Positions 49,033 through 58,963 are shown, numbered from the stretch's first letter. The stretch is DNA of 64,000 nt from an uncultured Candidatus Saccharibacteria bacterium (GCA_964504715.1 CAZDEP010000004.1:8542-72541), one strand, 5' to 3'. Made by a program: numbers and translations. The notes: generated from the sequence alone by a model not told the origin.

Positions 49033-49123
49033 TTGACAACATTGACATGATTGACAAGAATGACAGGATTCTTAGTTAATTCTTTTCAATCATTTAAATC
49101 ATTTAAATCTTGTCAATCAATCT

Positions 49124-50386
49124 GTGAATTTTTTCTCAACAATAAAACTCGTTATCCGCACCCTTTTGGCCAGAAAAGGGCGTTCTTTTCTGACTATTCT
49201 TGGTATTGTCATTGGCGTAGCGGGAGTGATCATTATTATTTCACTGGGGGCGGGCGCACAATCGTTGGTATTGGGCCAGGTGACCAAGCTGGGTTCCAAC
49301 CTGCTTTCCGTCCAGCCGGGCAAATCCAATGAAAAAGGCCCTCCGGCCCAAGTTTTTGGAATTGTAGTAACAACCCTGACTTTGGAAGATGCGGACGCCA
49401 TACGCGACAAAAGCCGCGTGCCTTCGGCTTTGGCCGTTGACGCCCAGGTTCGGGGCAGCGCCACCGTCGTCTGGCAAAATCAGGATTTGGACACCAACGT
49501 AGTAGGCTCCGAGTACACTTTTCCGCAAGTAGTAAGTATTAAAATGAGTGCCGGCCGGTTTTTTGACGAACGGGAAGGCCGCGGTAATGCCAACGTCGCT
49601 GTTTTAGGACACTATGTAAGCGAGGAGCTGTTTGGGCAGAGCGGGGTGGACCCGATCGGCCAGGTAATAAAAATAAAATCCGGCAACAATGCCGGCATTC
49701 CTTTAAGGGTAGTGGGCGTAATAGAAGAGCGGGGCAGCGCATTTTTCCAAAATCAGGACGACCAAATTTATGTACCCGTAGAAATCGCCCAAAAGCAGCT
49801 TTTGGGCATTCGCCACGTCCAGGCCATAAATGTTAAGGTGGACAATGCCGATAACGTGGAAAATACGCGCAGCGACATTAAGCAGGTGCTTATGGAAAGG
49901 CACCGGGTTGAGAATGAGGAAGATGCCGACTTTACGGTTAGAAATATTGCCGATGCGGTGGAAATTTTAAAGACTATAACCGATGCCTTAAGGATATTTT
50001 TGACCTCCATGGCCGCCGTGGCCTTGGTAGTGGGAGGGATAGGAATATTAAATATTATGATGGTAACTGTGGCGGAACGCACGCGGGAGATTGGCCTAAG
50101 GAAGGCTGTGGGAGCCGACAATGCGCATATTAGGAACCAGTTTTTATTGGAAGCAGGTACTTTAACCTTTTTGGGAGGGTTGGTAGGTATTGTAGTCGGG
50201 ATAATTGTTTCGTTTCTGGTGTCGCTGCTTATGGGTAAGTTGGGCTACGATTGGGCCTTTGTGATTTCTTTCACTTCTGTATTTTTAGCCGTTGGAGTTT
50301 CTATATTAACCGGTGTAATATTTGGCTTGTATCCTGCTTTTAAAGCCGCCAAGCTGAATCCAATAGAAGCGCTGCGTTATGAATAA
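49124..50386 (+). CDS. ABC transporter permease (MacB_PCD + FtsX domains)
   Basis: N-terminal TM, periplasmic domain, C-terminal FtsX-like 3-TM bundle ending EALRYE. Confidence 0.75.
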   Translation: MNFFSTIKLVIRTLLARKGRSFLTILGIVIGVAGVIIIISLGAGAQSLVLGQVTKLGSNLLSVQPGKSNEKGPPAQVFGIVVTTLTLEDADAIRDKSRVPSALAVDAQVRGSATVVWQNQDLDTNVVGSEYTFPQVVSIKMSAGRFFDEREGRGNANVAVLGHYVSEELFGQSGVDPIGQVIKIKSGNNAGIPLRVVGVIEERGSAFFQNQDDQIYVPVEIAQKQLLGIRHVQAINVKVDNADNVENTRSDIKQVLMERHRVENEEDADFTVRNIADAVEILKTITDALRIFLTSMAAVALVVGGIGILNIMMVTVAERTREIGLRKAVGADNAHIRNQFLLEAGTLTFLGGLVGIVVGIIVSFLVSLLMGKLGYDWAFVISFTSVFLAVGVSILTGVIFGLYPAFKAAKLNPIEALRYE

Positions 50387-50471
50387 TTAAAATAACAATT
50401 AAACAATATAACAAAATAACATTTTAATTTTTTTATGTTATATTGCTATGTTGTTATCTTGTTAAATTGTA

Positions 50472-51725
50472 ATGTATAAAGCTTTCCGTTTAGCGATAAA
50501 AAATCTTTTTTCCAATCCCGTCCGCACGGGACTTACGACTTTGGGAATTATTATTGGGATTTCCACGGTAATTTTGGTATTGTCCGCCGGTGAAGGCTTT
50601 AGGAGCCTAATAAACGCGCAGGTAGACGCTTTTGGAACCAATACTTTGTTTATTGAGACCCGCGTACCGCCGACCACCAAAAACCGCGGGGCAGGCGCCG
50701 CGTCCAACGACCAGAGCCGTGCGAATTCCCCAGTGGCTATTACCACGTTTAAGAACCGGGACCTGGATGATATAAAAAAGTTGCCTAACGTTGTGAATAA
50801 TTACGGCATGGTGGTCGGTCAAAAAGTTGTGAGTTATCGCGACGTTATAAAGAGTGTCATTTTTTACGGGGCTTCCGCCGGCCGTTTTGAGATTGACAAA
50901 GGCAAGCTCTCCGGCGGCCGCTTTTTTACGGCAGCCGAAGACACCGGCGGCGACCAGGTGGCTATTTTAGGCAGTAAGGTTGCCGTCGATTTGTTTGGCC
51001 AAGACGACCCTTTAGGCAAGCTTATCCGCGTGGGAGATTTGAATTTCCAGGTAATTGGCGTATACGAGCCCCGGGGCGGATTGGGCGGCGACGAGGATAG
51101 TGTTATTTATATGCCCTTAGGCACGGCCCAGAAGAAAGTTTTGGGCATCGATTATTTATTAGTCGGAATAGTTGAGGTGCGGGATCCGGTTTTGGCGGAA
51201 GCGACAGTGGAAGACATTAAGCTGCTTATGCGCCATAATCATAATATTGATAATCCAGACAAAGACGATTTTTATGTGCAAAGCCAGGCCCAGGCCATGG
51301 ATACTTTTAATACTATCTTTAACGGCATAACTATTTTGCTTATTGCTATTGCCGCCATTGCCCTGGTAGTGGGCGGCGTAGGTATTATGAATATTATGTA
51401 TGTGGTGGTTACCGAAAGGACATCGGAAATAGGACTTAAAAAAGCCTTAGGAGCGACTGAATCCGACATCCTTAGTGAATTTTTAATGGAAGCCGTACTG
51501 GTAACTTTAATCGGTGGTGGGGTCGGGATTATGCTTGGATCATTTTTAGGTTGGGTAATTTCCATAGTTGCCGGCTTGGCTAATTTGCAGTGGACTTTTT
51601 CCGTGCCACTGTATGCCATTGCGCTGGGGGTGGGGGTGTCGGCGGTCATTGGCATAGGTTTTGGAGTTTTGCCTGCCCGCTCTGCCGCCAAACTTGACCC
51701 CGTGGAAGCTATGAGGTACGAGTGA
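50472..51725 (+). CDS. ABC transporter permease (FtsX family), paralog
   Basis: Same architecture; C-terminal VEAMRYE. Confidence 0.75.
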   Translation: MYKAFRLAIKNLFSNPVRTGLTTLGIIIGISTVILVLSAGEGFRSLINAQVDAFGTNTLFIETRVPPTTKNRGAGAASNDQSRANSPVAITTFKNRDLDDIKKLPNVVNNYGMVVGQKVVSYRDVIKSVIFYGASAGRFEIDKGKLSGGRFFTAAEDTGGDQVAILGSKVAVDLFGQDDPLGKLIRVGDLNFQVIGVYEPRGGLGGDEDSVIYMPLGTAQKKVLGIDYLLVGIVEVRDPVLAEATVEDIKLLMRHNHNIDNPDKDDFYVQSQAQAMDTFNTIFNGITILLIAIAAIALVVGGVGIMNIMYVVVTERTSEIGLKKALGATESDILSEFLMEAVLVTLIGGGVGIMLGSFLGWVISIVAGLANLQWTFSVPLYAIALGVGVSAVIGIGFGVLPARSAAKLDPVEAMRYE

Positions 51726-51858
51726 AACATCTTAACATTCTATCATTACAAATCATCCTCCTTGTTAAAATGTTAGGATGATAAAATGATAGTATGTAAA
51801 AATAATTTTGGGTGTTATAATAAATTTGGTATACTTTAAATTTGGGATCTAAAACCAA

Positions 51859-53097
51859 ATGACAAATACGCGAATCGTAATTTTGGGAGGCGGCGTTGCC
51901 GGCCTTTCCGCCGCGCTGAATCTTAGAAAAAAATTTCGGGACATCAAAGAAGTCTCGATTGTTTTAATTGACCGGGAATCTTATCATTTATTTACTCCCA
52001 ACCTCTACGAAGTAGCCACGGCGGCGGAGGAGCTCGTAACTTTAAAGAATTTAAAACAAAGCATCGCATTGCCTTTTACCTCGATTTTAAATTCCCGCCG
52101 GATAGAGTTTGTAAAAGGGGAAGTGGTGGAAGTAGATGCGCTGCAAAAAACGGTGGCGCTTGCAGGCCGCAAAGTCCCATACGATTATTTGGTTCTAGCC
52201 TTGGGTTCCTGCGAGGAATATTTTAATATTCCAGGCGCGAAAGATTACGGTTTGCCCCTCAAGAGCCTTCCGCACGCTTTAAAAATAAAAAATTCCGTTG
52301 AGTTTGCCATAGAAAGCCGGAAGTATGAAGTCCAAAAGCCCTACGTAAAAATAGTAGTGGCGGGCGGCGGCTATACAGGCGTGGAATTGGCTGGGGAACT
52401 TAAGGGGCTAATAGATTTTTTGGCATGGAAACACCAATTCCCGCGGGAAAAAATCCTGGTAGAAATTGTTGAGGCCAGCAATATGCTTATGCCCGGTATG
52501 GGCCAGCGGGCAACCCGCGATGCTTTCAGGAGGCTGGAAGAACTTAAAATAAGCTTGCGGCTTTTAAGCCCAATTGTTAAAGTCGATGCCAGGTTTATTG
52601 AGCTTTTAAGCGGCGAAAGAATAGCGTATGACGTGCTTATTTGGACGGCTGGTATCAGATCCAAGCCTTTGCCCAAAGGCATAAATGCGGAAACGGATAA
52701 AAAGGGTAGGGCAATAGTAGATGAATTTTTAAGAATAAAAGGCGCCCACAATATTTTTGTAGTCGGGGACCAGGCCGGTGTTTGCGACCCAGGAGGCGCA
52801 GCTGTCCCCCAAAGCGCGCAGGACGCCCTTTCCCAGTCGGCTTACGTTGCTTATGCTTTGCCTGAAATTATTCGCAACCGCCGTCCCCATACTTATAAGC
52901 CAAAAAAACATGGCTTTATTGTGTCGTTGGGAGGCCGGTGGGCTATATTAAATATTCCGCCATTTTACATTACGGGCTATTTTGCTTATTTGATCCATAT
53001 GCTTGCTGACGTACGCTATTTTTCTTCGCTGATAGGTTTTTTCCCGGCACTTAAGTTGGTTTGGAGCCAGGCCAGTTTATACAGCCGGAATGATTAG
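51859..53097 (+). CDS. type II NADH:quinone oxidoreductase-like (NDH-2) FAD/NAD(P)-binding oxidoreductase
   Basis: GGGVAG and GGGYTG dinucleotide-binding motifs; 412 aa. Confidence 0.6.
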   Translation: MTNTRIVILGGGVAGLSAALNLRKKFRDIKEVSIVLIDRESYHLFTPNLYEVATAAEELVTLKNLKQSIALPFTSILNSRRIEFVKGEVVEVDALQKTVALAGRKVPYDYLVLALGSCEEYFNIPGAKDYGLPLKSLPHALKIKNSVEFAIESRKYEVQKPYVKIVVAGGGYTGVELAGELKGLIDFLAWKHQFPREKILVEIVEASNMLMPGMGQRATRDAFRRLEELKISLRLLSPIVKVDARFIELLSGERIAYDVLIWTAGIRSKPLPKGINAETDKKGRAIVDEFLRIKGAHNIFVVGDQAGVCDPGGAAVPQSAQDALSQSAYVAYALPEIIRNRRPHTYKPKKHGFIVSLGGRWAILNIPPFYITGYFAYLIHMLADVRYFSSLIGFFPALKLVWSQASLYSRND

Positions 53098-53152
53098 TTA
53101 GCTTATAATCCCTAAAGATGCCCAGCAGGTATGCGAGGAAGATAAGGGAAAT

Positions 53153-53186
53153 AAAAAACCGAGTAAATTTACTCGGTTTTCTTTTT
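53153..53186. terminator. bidirectional terminator between convergent ndh-like and topA genes
   Basis: aaaaa-accgagt-aaattt-actcggt-tttcttttt. Confidence 0.6.
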
Positions 53187-55433
53187 GTACGTCTTTTTCG
53201 GCTTGGGCGGGTTAGCTTTCCAGTCTTCAAAGGCTTTTTGCAGCAGTTCTTCATTTTCCGGTTTTGTATTCATAATAAAGTTGCAGTCCGGAAAACGGTT
53301 GCAGGCATAAAAGGTTTTGCCCCGGCCGCGGGATTTGCGCTCCACAATGTCGCCGGGATTATCTTTGCGGTCGGACTCGAGGCACGCCGGGCATTTAAAG
53401 CCGGTTTTGTTCCAAATTTTGGAAATGCCTTTGCATTCCGGATATTTTTTACAGCCCAGGAAAAAACCGAAGCGACCGCGCTTAACTTCCATTTCTCCGG
53501 CGCAGAGCGGGCATTTTTCACCCTTTGTCTTTTCCGCCAGCTCGTTGATTTTCGCCTGTTCTTCCGGCATGGGCTGGGTAATTTTGCTTTCCGGGTCGGG
53601 GCAGGCAAGGAATTTGCCGTTGCGGCCGAACTTTATAAGCATCATTTTGCCACAGTGGGGGCAAGGGGTTTCCGATATTTCCACCTGTTTTTCCACGCTT
53701 TCCATTTTTTCGTCCAGGTGTTTTTTAAACGGGTCGTAAAATTCGCGCGCAACTTCCTGCCACTTTATTTTGCCTTCCGCAATGTCATCCAGCTCTTCTT
53801 CAATGTGGGAAGTGAAGTTAATATCCACTATTTCCGGGAAGTGTTCGACCAGTAAATCGTTAACCAACGTACCTTCTTCGGTCGGATGGTAGCGCTTTTC
53901 AATTTTCTCCACATAACCCCGGTCTTGAATGGTGGTCAAAGTGGGCGCGTAAGTGGATGGCCTGCCGACTCCGTGGGCTTCCAGGGCTTTAATCAGCGTG
54001 GCGTCGCTGTAGCGCGCCGGAGGCTCGGTAAAGTGCTGCAAGGGGAGCAGTTCGTGCAATTTGAGTTTTTCATCCGCTGCCAGTTCCGGCAAGCTGCCTT
54101 CAATTTCGTCCTCGGCTTTTTCGTCCGTGCCTTCGGTATAAGCGCGAATGAAGCCGTCGAACTTTACTACCTGGCCGTTGGCTCTAAACAGGGCTAAGGG
54201 CTCAGGGCTAAGGGCTAAGATATCAACCGCGGTCTGTTCCAAAACTGCCGGGGCCATTTGGCAAGCAATGGTGCGCTTCCAAATTAGGTCATAAAGTTTA
54301 AATTGGTTCCTGTCTAAAAATGCTTTAACGTCTTCCGGTTTCTTTGAAACTTCAGTCGGGCGGATGGCTTCGTGGGCTTCCTGCGCGCCTTTTGATTTAT
54401 TGGCAAAATTTCTGGGTTTTTCCAAAACGTATTCTTTGCCAAAATCTTTGTGAATAACCTCACGAATGGCAGAAAGCGCGGACTCGGCCAGGTTCAAGCT
54501 GTCGGTACGCATGTAAGTAATAAGACCGGTATGGCCTTCCGCCCCCAGCTCCACGCCCTCGTAAAGCCTTTGCGCCAACATCATAGTTTGTTTGGCGGAA
54601 AAACCCAATTTGCGCGCGGCTTCCTGTTGGAGGGTGGAAGTTGTAAAAGGGGCAGCGGGATTCCGGTTGACTTCTTTGGTTTGGATGTCTTTTATTTGGT
54701 ATTCGGCTCCGGTTAAATCGCTAACGATTTTTTTGGCATCGGCTTCAGCCGTAATATCCATTTTGCCCACTTTTTTGCCGTTGATTTCGTGGAGTTTGGC
54801 GCGGAATTTTTTTTCGTCGTTCAATTTTGAAAGATCAGCTTCTACGCTCCAGTATTCTTCCTGCTTAAAAGCCTGGATTTCTTTTTCCCGTTCCACTACC
54901 AAACGCACCGCGACAGATTGCACTCGTCCGGCCGAAAGCCCAAAGCGGACTTTGCGCCATAAAAACGGGGAAAGTTCGTAGCCGACCAGCCTGTCCAAAA
55001 TCCTCCTCGCCTGCTGGGCATCTACCAGGTTAATGTCTATGGATCGCGGGTTTTTTAACGCGTGTTCAATGGCACTTTTGGTAATTTCATGGAAGACTAT
55101 GCGCTTTACCGGCTGTTTTGCGTCGTTGGTTTTAAGCCCCAAAGCTTCCACCAAATGCCATGAAATAGATTCGCCTTCGCGGTCCTCATCAGTCGCCAAA
55201 ATAATTTCCGGGGCATTTTTGGCTAGTTTCTTAAGCTCCGCAACCACGGGTTTGGCTTTAACGGGTATTAAATAGTGGGGTTCAAAATTCGCCTTGGTGT
55301 CCACGCCCATTTTGCTTTTGGGCAAATCACGCACGTGGCCCATGCTGGCAGTCACATTAAAAGCACCGCCGGTAAAGCGGGTAATGGTTTTGGCTTTGGT
55401 TGGAGATTCTACTATTATTAAGGGTTTTGACAT
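53169..55433 (-). CDS. topA: DNA topoisomerase I
   Basis: TOPRIM N-terminus IIVESPTKAKTI; C-terminal C4 zinc ribbons. Confidence 0.9.
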   Translation of the reverse strand: MSKPLIIVESPTKAKTITRFTGGAFNVTASMGHVRDLPKSKMGVDTKANFEPHYLIPVKAKPVVAELKKLAKNAPEIILATDEDREGESISWHLVEALGLKTNDAKQPVKRIVFHEITKSAIEHALKNPRSIDINLVDAQQARRILDRLVGYELSPFLWRKVRFGLSAGRVQSVAVRLVVEREKEIQAFKQEEYWSVEADLSKLNDEKKFRAKLHEINGKKVGKMDITAEADAKKIVSDLTGAEYQIKDIQTKEVNRNPAAPFTTSTLQQEAARKLGFSAKQTMMLAQRLYEGVELGAEGHTGLITYMRTDSLNLAESALSAIREVIHKDFGKEYVLEKPRNFANKSKGAQEAHEAIRPTEVSKKPEDVKAFLDRNQFKLYDLIWKRTIACQMAPAVLEQTAVDILALSPEPLALFRANGQVVKFDGFIRAYTEGTDEKAEDEIEGSLPELAADEKLKLHELLPLQHFTEPPARYSDATLIKALEAHGVGRPSTYAPTLTTIQDRGYVEKIEKRYHPTEEGTLVNDLLVEHFPEIVDINFTSHIEEELDDIAEGKIKWQEVAREFYDPFKKHLDEKMESVEKQVEISETPCPHCGKMMLIKFGRNGKFLACPDPESKITQPMPEEQAKINELAEKTKGEKCPLCAGEMEVKRGRFGFFLGCKKYPECKGISKIWNKTGFKCPACLESDRKDNPGDIVERKSRGRGKTFYACNRFPDCNFIMNTKPENEELLQKAFEDWKANPPKPKKTYKKKTE

Positions 55434-55435
55434 AA

Positions 55436-55511
55436 GATCGCTAATGCATAAATTACACGAATTTCACAAATATCTATTAGTGGTATTTGTGGTATTGGTG
55501 TATTTGTGATC
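55436..55511 (-). repeat. ~77-nt GATC-bounded element, copy 2 (immediately 5' of topA, same orientation relative to the gene as copy 1)
   Basis: Reverse complement aligns with 48238-48314. Confidence 0.7.
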
Positions 55512-55623
55512 TGATACAAAAGTGAGTTTAACCACAAAAATTTTTTTTGTCAAACACCGGCCCGCATTTAATAAAAAAATCTCCCTCATTCAGCGTGGCT
55601 TGATTAGGCAAGCTTACTGAACT

Positions 55624-56943
55624 TTATGGATACAAAAGAGTGTCGGTTTGTCCTAGCCTTTCGAGGATTTTTTTTGTTTCTTTTTCATCCGCCGGGCGCG
55701 GAGTGGAGTAGTTTTCAATAATAACAGGAATTAGTTCAATGCTTTCCAAAGCGGCGACTTGACGCGGGCCTTGAAGATTGGAGGTCTTATTTTTTGATAT
55801 TTGGATTTTTAAGGTCAGCCCTTCTCTGGTTTCCTGGCTCCACATTTGGTCGAAAATAAAATTGCCTAAGGAGTAGAAAATATATTTGGGATTGGGGCAC
55901 CCTAATCCAGCATCACCCTCCCCTCGAGGGAGGGGAACTGCAGATTCCTCCCCCTTGAGGGGGGAGGTTAGGAGGGGGTGAGGGCAATAGCGCTCTATAG
56001 TCTGCACCCAGTGCGGATGGTGGCCAATAACCATATCGGCTCCGGCATCTATCGCGGCGTGAGCAAAGCCAATTTGGTCTCCGTTTGGCTTGGTTGTGTA
56101 TTCCGTCCCCGCATGCATGCTCGCGACTATAAAATCGCAGTTTAATTTTAAATTTTCAATTTTTAATTTTAAATTATCCAAATCTTCAATCCTGGCCACA
56201 TAATCGTTGGTGGTTTTGCCGCCGTCGTTTAGCGAAGCGTAAGAAGCCCCCACAAAACAAATTTTAATTCCGTTGGCTTCTATTGCCGCCGGCTGCCAGG
56301 CTTCCTCCTGGTTATTTCCCGTCCCAATGTGTTTAATACCTAAATCGTCGAGCAAGTTGTTTGTCCATTCTAAACCTTGCGTGCCCTGGTCCAGGGCGTG
56401 GTTGTTGGCCAGGCTTAAAACTTTAAAATTGTAATCTTTAAGCCCCGCCCTCATGTTGCAGGGAGCCCCGAAAATTAACGAATGTCCGCCCACTATCCCT
56501 TCCATGGTGCCGGGCCCCACCGAACACGGATGTGAAGCGGCGAAAAACGGGCTTTCTAAATTCCCAAAGTTAAAGTCTGTCGAAAGTAAAGTGTCCTTCA
56601 TTTTTCTAAACGGAAGTTCTACATCCAAAGCCTTAAAACTTGCTGCGGCCACGTTCCGCGAAAGCATAATGTCGCCCACTGCCAGAAAACTGGCTGTGGA
56701 TTTTACTTCCGACTTTTGGGGAGCGAGCTCTTTGGCTTTGTTATAAAAATTCCAGAGTTCATTTTGTTCTTCGCCGGTTAGTTTAACATCGGCGTTTTGG
56801 TTGTTTAGGGTGTATTGGTTGGGCTCGCGCTGAAGCAGGCCCAAGGCAGTCGCAAGTGCGAATAATAAAACTATGGTTATAGGACCATATTTTTTAAACA
56901 AGGTAAATTTGTTGCCCATAGTTTCAATATAACAATATAACAA
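55624..56943 (-). CDS. CapA/PgsA-family metallophosphoesterase-like protein carrying an in-frame GC-rich insertion
   Basis: FLAVGDIM, SMHAGTEY, GHHPHW motifs; ~35-aa low-complexity insert between GHHPHW and the SLGNFIFD block. Confidence 0.7.
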   Translation of the reverse strand: MLYCYIETMGNKFTLFKKYGPITIVLLFALATALGLLQREPNQYTLNNQNADVKLTGEEQNELWNFYNKAKELAPQKSEVKSTASFLAVGDIMLSRNVAAASFKALDVELPFRKMKDTLLSTDFNFGNLESPFFAASHPCSVGPGTMEGIVGGHSLIFGAPCNMRAGLKDYNFKVLSLANNHALDQGTQGLEWTNNLLDDLGIKHIGTGNNQEEAWQPAAIEANGIKICFVGASYASLNDGGKTTNDYVARIEDLDNLKLKIENLKLNCDFIVASMHAGTEYTTKPNGDQIGFAHAAIDAGADMVIGHHPHWVQTIERYCPHPLLTSPLKGEESAVPLPRGEGDAGLGCPNPKYIFYSLGNFIFDQMWSQETREGLTLKIQISKNKTSNLQGPRQVAALESIELIPVIIENYSTPRPADEKETKKILERLGQTDTLLYP

Positions 56944-56990
56944 GATAACAACCTAGGAATTAGATGTTATTTGGTTATATTGTTTAATTG

Positions 56991-58118
56991 TTATCTTGAT
57001 CGGACATACTGTTGTCCTCCCAAATTCCTCACTTTGCCTTTTATTTCCAAAAAAGTTAAAGCCGAACCCACTTCGCCGGCTTCGAGGCCCGACAACCTTA
57101 TTATTTCGTTTATACCCAGTGGCTCTTTGCCTATCATTTCCAGCAATTTGTTTTCAGTTGGATTTTCGCCTAAAACCTTTTGGCTGTCAATTTCCAAAGG
57201 CAGATTGTTTAAATTCAAGTCTTCCATAATGTCCAAAGCACAGGTGACGGCTTTGGCTCCCATTTTTATCAAGTTGTTGGGACCTTGGGAAAATGGGGCG
57301 TAAATGGGTCCGGGTACGGCATAGACCTGGCGGTTTTGTTCCAGCGCATGCTTGGCGGTTATAAGGCTGCCGCTTTCTATGTCACATTCAATTACCAGCG
57401 TGCCTATTGATATGCCGGAAATAATCCGGTTTCTTGCAACAAAGTTTTGTTTAAAGTTCGGTGTGCCCGGCGGATATTCCGAAATTAGCGCCCCGCCGGC
57501 GTCCAAGATTTCCTGCGCGAGCAGTTGATGGTGCTTAGGGTAAAGCGATTTGTCATCCAAACCGCCCCCCAGCACGGCAATGGTCCGGCGCCGCTTGGCA
57601 ACCGAGCGGCCGTGCGCTTGGCTGTCCACCCCAAAGGCCATGCCCGAAACTATGGTAACGCCGGCATCCACCAAGGGGTCAACCAAATCGGGGATCACGC
57701 TTAAGCCGTAAGTCGTAATGTTCCTAGTGCCCACCACCGCCACGCAAGCCTCATCCGCCATTTCCATTGCGCCCCTCACATAAAGCAGGGGAGGGAATTT
57801 TGAAATTTCCAAAAGCAGCTTGGGATAGTTTGGATCTTTGTATGTTAAAATATTAATGCCGAAGGACTTAAGTTTTTCCGCTTCGGCCTGCACATCGGTT
57901 TTTTGCCGGTGGTCCGCAATAGTTTGGGCCAAGTCACCTTCCAGGCCGCAGTTTATAAAATCAATTGGTTTTCCAAAATAGGCTTCTTGGAAGGTTTCGA
58001 ATTTTTCCAGGATTTTTAAAAGCCTAACCGGCCCAAGTTGGGGTAGTAAGTTTAAAGCATGGAGATAAATCGAATCATTCAGGGGCATATTAAAATTTTG
58101 GCCGGTTTTTTGCCGCAA
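56991..58118 (-). CDS. dprA: DNA processing protein DprA (Smf)
   Basis: VVGTRNITTYG...IVSGMAFGVDSQAH Rossmann-like DprA core. Confidence 0.8.
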   Translation of the reverse strand: MRQKTGQNFNMPLNDSIYLHALNLLPQLGPVRLLKILEKFETFQEAYFGKPIDFINCGLEGDLAQTIADHRQKTDVQAEAEKLKSFGINILTYKDPNYPKLLLEISKFPPLLYVRGAMEMADEACVAVVGTRNITTYGLSVIPDLVDPLVDAGVTIVSGMAFGVDSQAHGRSVAKRRRTIAVLGGGLDDKSLYPKHHQLLAQEILDAGGALISEYPPGTPNFKQNFVARNRIISGISIGTLVIECDIESGSLITAKHALEQNRQVYAVPGPIYAPFSQGPNNLIKMGAKAVTCALDIMEDLNLNNLPLEIDSQKVLGENPTENKLLEMIGKEPLGINEIIRLSGLEAGEVGSALTFLEIKGKVRNLGGQQYVRSR

Positions 58119-58138
58119 TTACGTATGCTTAAAGGGGG

Positions 58139-58167
58139 TTGACAAAGGGTGTAAAAAGGTGTATAAT
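58139..58167 (+). promoter_or_regulatory. consensus sigma70 promoter (TTGACA, 17 nt, TATAAT) pointing into an ORF-free interval
   Basis: Perfect hexamers with ideal spacing. Confidence 0.6.
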
Positions 58168-58173
58168 AATAAA

Positions 58174-58381
58174 CCATAAGTCTGCACCGAGACTTGTGTC
58201 CAAAACCCTGTCTGTAGGTAGCTAAATTCGGAAGACATCCCTCCTAACTTCTGGATTTGCAACAAGTAAAGGTTTAAATGCGTCTGCATTTAACTTTTCA
58301 CCTGCGGATGGGGTTTTGGATAGAAAACGAATTTACACAAATATCAAAAACGAAGAAACACGGATTATCCGTGTTTTTTTA
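58174..58381 (+). ncRNA. candidate ~200-nt small RNA of unknown class, bounded by the consensus promoter and an intrinsic terminator
   Basis: No ORF; begins ~7 nt after the -10 box; ends at hairpin acacgga-tta-tccgtgt plus U7 (58358-58381); contains internal hairpin aagucu-gcaccg-agacuu. Confidence 0.4.
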
Positions 58382-58384
58382 GTG

Positions 58385-58963
58385 TCATTTGTTTTGTAAG
58401 AATTTTTCGATTTCGGCTTGAACTTTTGGGAATGCTTCTTCTTGCAATTTTACCGATTCGTCATCGGAAAAGTTTTGAAGCACGAAAGCTTCGGTGGGCA
58501 TGGCATTTCTGTCAGGCCTCGATTCCACCCCAATGCGTACGCGGTGGAAGTCCTGGCTGCCCAGCTTGTCTATAATATCCTGGACGCCGTTGTGGCCGGC
58601 TGCGGAAGAGGAGTCGGTTACGCGGAGAGCGCCTAAAGGCAGGTCGGTGTCGTCGTGGAGGACAAGCAAATTTGCGGATATATCAATTTTGTAAAAATCA
58701 CATACGGCTTTTACGGCGCGGCCGGATTCGTTCATGTAAGTTTGGGGTTTTACCAACGTATAATCCGAAGTGTCCGAATTAGTATCCGAATGCCCCAAAT
58801 GCAAAATTTCCGAATCAAATTTTTTTTGCCAGCTTAAATCTTCAACCTTATTTTTTAAATCTGAAATGAAATAATCCAAAGCCAACCACCCGGCGTTGTG
58901 GCGGGTGTTTTGGTATTTAGCGCCCGGGTTGCCCAAGGCAACAATAATTTTAACTGTACTCAT
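58385..58963 (-). CDS. pth: peptidyl-tRNA hydrolase
   Basis: N-terminal GLGNPGAKYQNTRHNAGW. Confidence 0.9.
   Translation of the reverse strand: MSTVKIIVALGNPGAKYQNTRHNAGWLALDYFISDLKNKVEDLSWQKKFDSEILHLGHSDTNSDTSDYTLVKPQTYMNESGRAVKAVCDFYKIDISANLLVLHDDTDLPLGALRVTDSSSAAGHNGVQDIIDKLGSQDFHRVRIGVESRPDRNAMPTEAFVLQNFSDDESVKLQEEAFPKVQAEIEKFLQNK

Noticed and set aside
51752-51782. Hairpin atcatcct...aggatgat after the second permease gene
   Set aside because: 8-bp stem with a 15-nt loop and no U-tract; too weak to call a terminator.
53118-54197. Plus-strand ORFs (245, 140 and 103 aa) and minus-strand ORF 53270-53608 inside the topA region
   Set aside because: They lie fully within the well-supported topA CDS in other frames or on the other strand; compositional artefacts.
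54191-54218. CRISPR-like repeat
   Set aside because: 7-nt units with no spacers, inside a CDS; no cas genes anywhere in the window.
55893-55990. Cloning-vector polylinker contamination (XhoI and PstI sites in a GC-rich tract)
   Set aside because: The tract is in-frame and flanked on both sides by coherent CapA-family coding sequence; the restriction hexamers are by-products of the CCTC/GAGG palindromes. Kept as a biological finding pending read-level verification.
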